Virus record (IMG/VR): IMGVR_UViG_3300042861_001913
Strand: one strand, 5' to 3'
Source: a virus
DNA length: 64,000 nt
The notes under the pieces are model-generated. The model saw nothing but the letters and a program-made list of their open reading frames with translations. It was not told the DNA's origin and made no database searches. Both the position numbers and the translations under genes were made by a program. Positions 62,751 through 64,000 of this stretch are shown piece after piece (position 1 is the first letter of the stretch; each line of letters starts with the position of its first letter).

Positions 62751-63188
62751 TTAATTATTAAGTAACTTAGTTATCTCATCTAACTCTAATTGAGTTTTAA
62801 GATCCGCACTCATTAAGTTATTTAGACGTTTCTCTAATGTAGCCAACTCACTCTTCTTCGTACTGATACTTAATCTACTTAATCTAGTTTTAAGATCAAT
62901 TGTCCATTCATTTAATGTGTAACCTAGATAAGTAAACTTATTATCTAAACCTAATATTTCAGTTGCTCTAGTGTGCATAACTTCTTTATTAAGTAAGAAA
63001 ACAAGTATGTCTAGTATTTGTTGTTCATTTGCAGTTTGAATATTAACAATAGCATTAGCATCAACAAACCATTTAAATGCACAATTAGTAACCCAATTAG
63101 GTTTAACTTCAAGTGCCGCGATTTCAGCTTTCTTCTTATTTACGATATCGAGTAATTCTTGAACTTTAATATCAGACATATGTTTCAC
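62751..63188 (-). CDS. hypothetical protein
   Basis: 145-aa ORF, probably coiled-coil. Confidence 0.4.
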   Translation of the reverse strand: MKHMSDIKVQELLDIVNKKKAEIAALEVKPNWVTNCAFKWFVDANAIVNIQTANEQQILDILVFLLNKEVMHTRATEILGLDNKFTYLGYTLNEWTIDLKTRLSRLSISTKKSELATLEKRLNNLMSADLKTQLELDEITKLLNN

Positions 63189-63952
63189 TATCCTTGAATG
63201 TATTGTTTACCGTTAACTAAATGAACTACTAAATCAGAATAGTTCATTAATAAATCATCTTTAGTTACTGTTATGTATTTATCATGACAACTAACTTCAG
63301 TTGTGTTAACTGCATTGTTACTAACTGTAATTAACTTACAGTAACTTAACACAACGTAATCTGAAATTAATGGAAGATAACCCTGTAGATAATAACCATA
63401 GATATGACCATTAATCTCTTTATATACATAACGTTTATCATTAGTAGGAGTTAATTGAGTTAGAGATACATGACTTATAAGAGATATGTTTTTACTACAG
63501 TTCATTATCTCTAGTAAGTCAACATAGTTATCTACAGGTAACTCACTTAACCTAACTGATAAACTAGTTAATCCAGTTAGAGGAACTAACTTATTATTAT
63601 CATCAATAAACACATATCTCTTAACTAAGTCATAACTAGAATCACACCAGTTGTAATCATACCAATCATACTTACCAAGATAAGTTAAGTTAACTTGCTT
63701 TTTAGTTTGATAGATACATCCAGGTACTAAATCCCGCACACTTATTTTCTTACCTTGAAGAGATGTGAATTGATTGGCAGCTTTATATTCTTCACAGTTA
63801 GCTGGTAGTAATACTAATTTCTTACCATCCCAAGCATAGATAAACTCACCTTCTAACTCTCGCTTATTGCAGTTAGTATTCATTAATATGAATAGTAGAT
63901 TAGATGGTGTTATCTCAAATTCAAATCCTCTATCATCGTATACTCGAATCAT
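63188..63952 (-). CDS. hypothetical protein
   Basis: 254-aa ORF. Confidence 0.4.
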   Translation of the reverse strand: MIRVYDDRGFEFEITPSNLLFILMNTNCNKRELEGEFIYAWDGKKLVLLPANCEEYKAANQFTSLQGKKISVRDLVPGCIYQTKKQVNLTYLGKYDWYDYNWCDSSYDLVKRYVFIDDNNKLVPLTGLTSLSVRLSELPVDNYVDLLEIMNCSKNISLISHVSLTQLTPTNDKRYVYKEINGHIYGYYLQGYLPLISDYVVLSYCKLITVSNNAVNTTEVSCHDKYITVTKDDLLMNYSDLVVHLVNGKQYIQG

Positions 63953-64000
63953 TGATCTACCACTTGAATAGTGTGACCAACTATCTCTAGTTACATCCTT

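Noticed and set aside
1-64000. The 9-mer GTAAGAAAA as a promoter, a terminator, or a simple by-product of Lys-rich coding.
   Set aside because: It occurs equally on both strands relative to transcription and mostly inside genes, without an associated -10 element or hairpin. Half of the copies are read antisense as FSY/FLT/FL rather than as Lys codons. In an AT-rich genome AAG would not be the preferred Lys codon. A DNA-level signal is therefore more likely, pending statistical testing.

Overview
This window is an AT-rich (about one third G+C by eye), more than 90% coding segment of a tailed dsDNA bacteriophage. It looks siphovirus-like: a tail-chaperone -1 frameshift sits directly before a 2141-aa tape measure, and no sheath gene is visible. 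The plus strand (1-24.7 kb, 26.4-29.8 kb, 30.7-36.7 kb) carries the virion module. It includes an acidic scaffold-like protein, a lambda gpE-like major capsid gene, connector genes, a major tail protein, chaperones, the tape measure, tail-tip and fiber genes, two LamG-like receptor-binding cassettes and a probable portal. The minus strand (36.7-64 kb plus two small islands) carries replication and nucleotide metabolism. Replication genes are a family-B DNA polymerase split into two ORFs, a primase, a helicase-like ATPase, RuvC, a RecA-like ATPase and an exonuclease. Nucleotide-metabolism genes are a class II B12 ribonucleotide reductase with a PduO-type adenosyltransferase, ThyA, DHFR, a fused dCMP deaminase, a dNMP kinase, an HD nucleotidase, two MazG-like proteins, and CYTH. 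Accessory and mobile content comprises a group I intron plus a GIY-YIG homing endonuclease at the capsid gene 3' end, five Bro/Rha-like paralogs, an AAA ATPase with a truncated partner, a tRNA-Pro, a Thg1-like enzyme and a minimal class II aaRS-like protein. The two most unusual signals are these. First, a 9-mer (GTAAGAAAA/TTTTCTTAC) occurs about 44 times on both strands regardless of reading frame. Second, at least 9 small basic, glycine-zipper proteins share an N-terminal leader (..D..nFaRGkDKkKRK), and one carries an ADP-ribosyltransferase domain. Shine-Dalgarno sequences are nearly absent. The host cannot be determined from sequence alone. Coordinates of non-ORF features were derived by hand and may be off by 1-2 nt.
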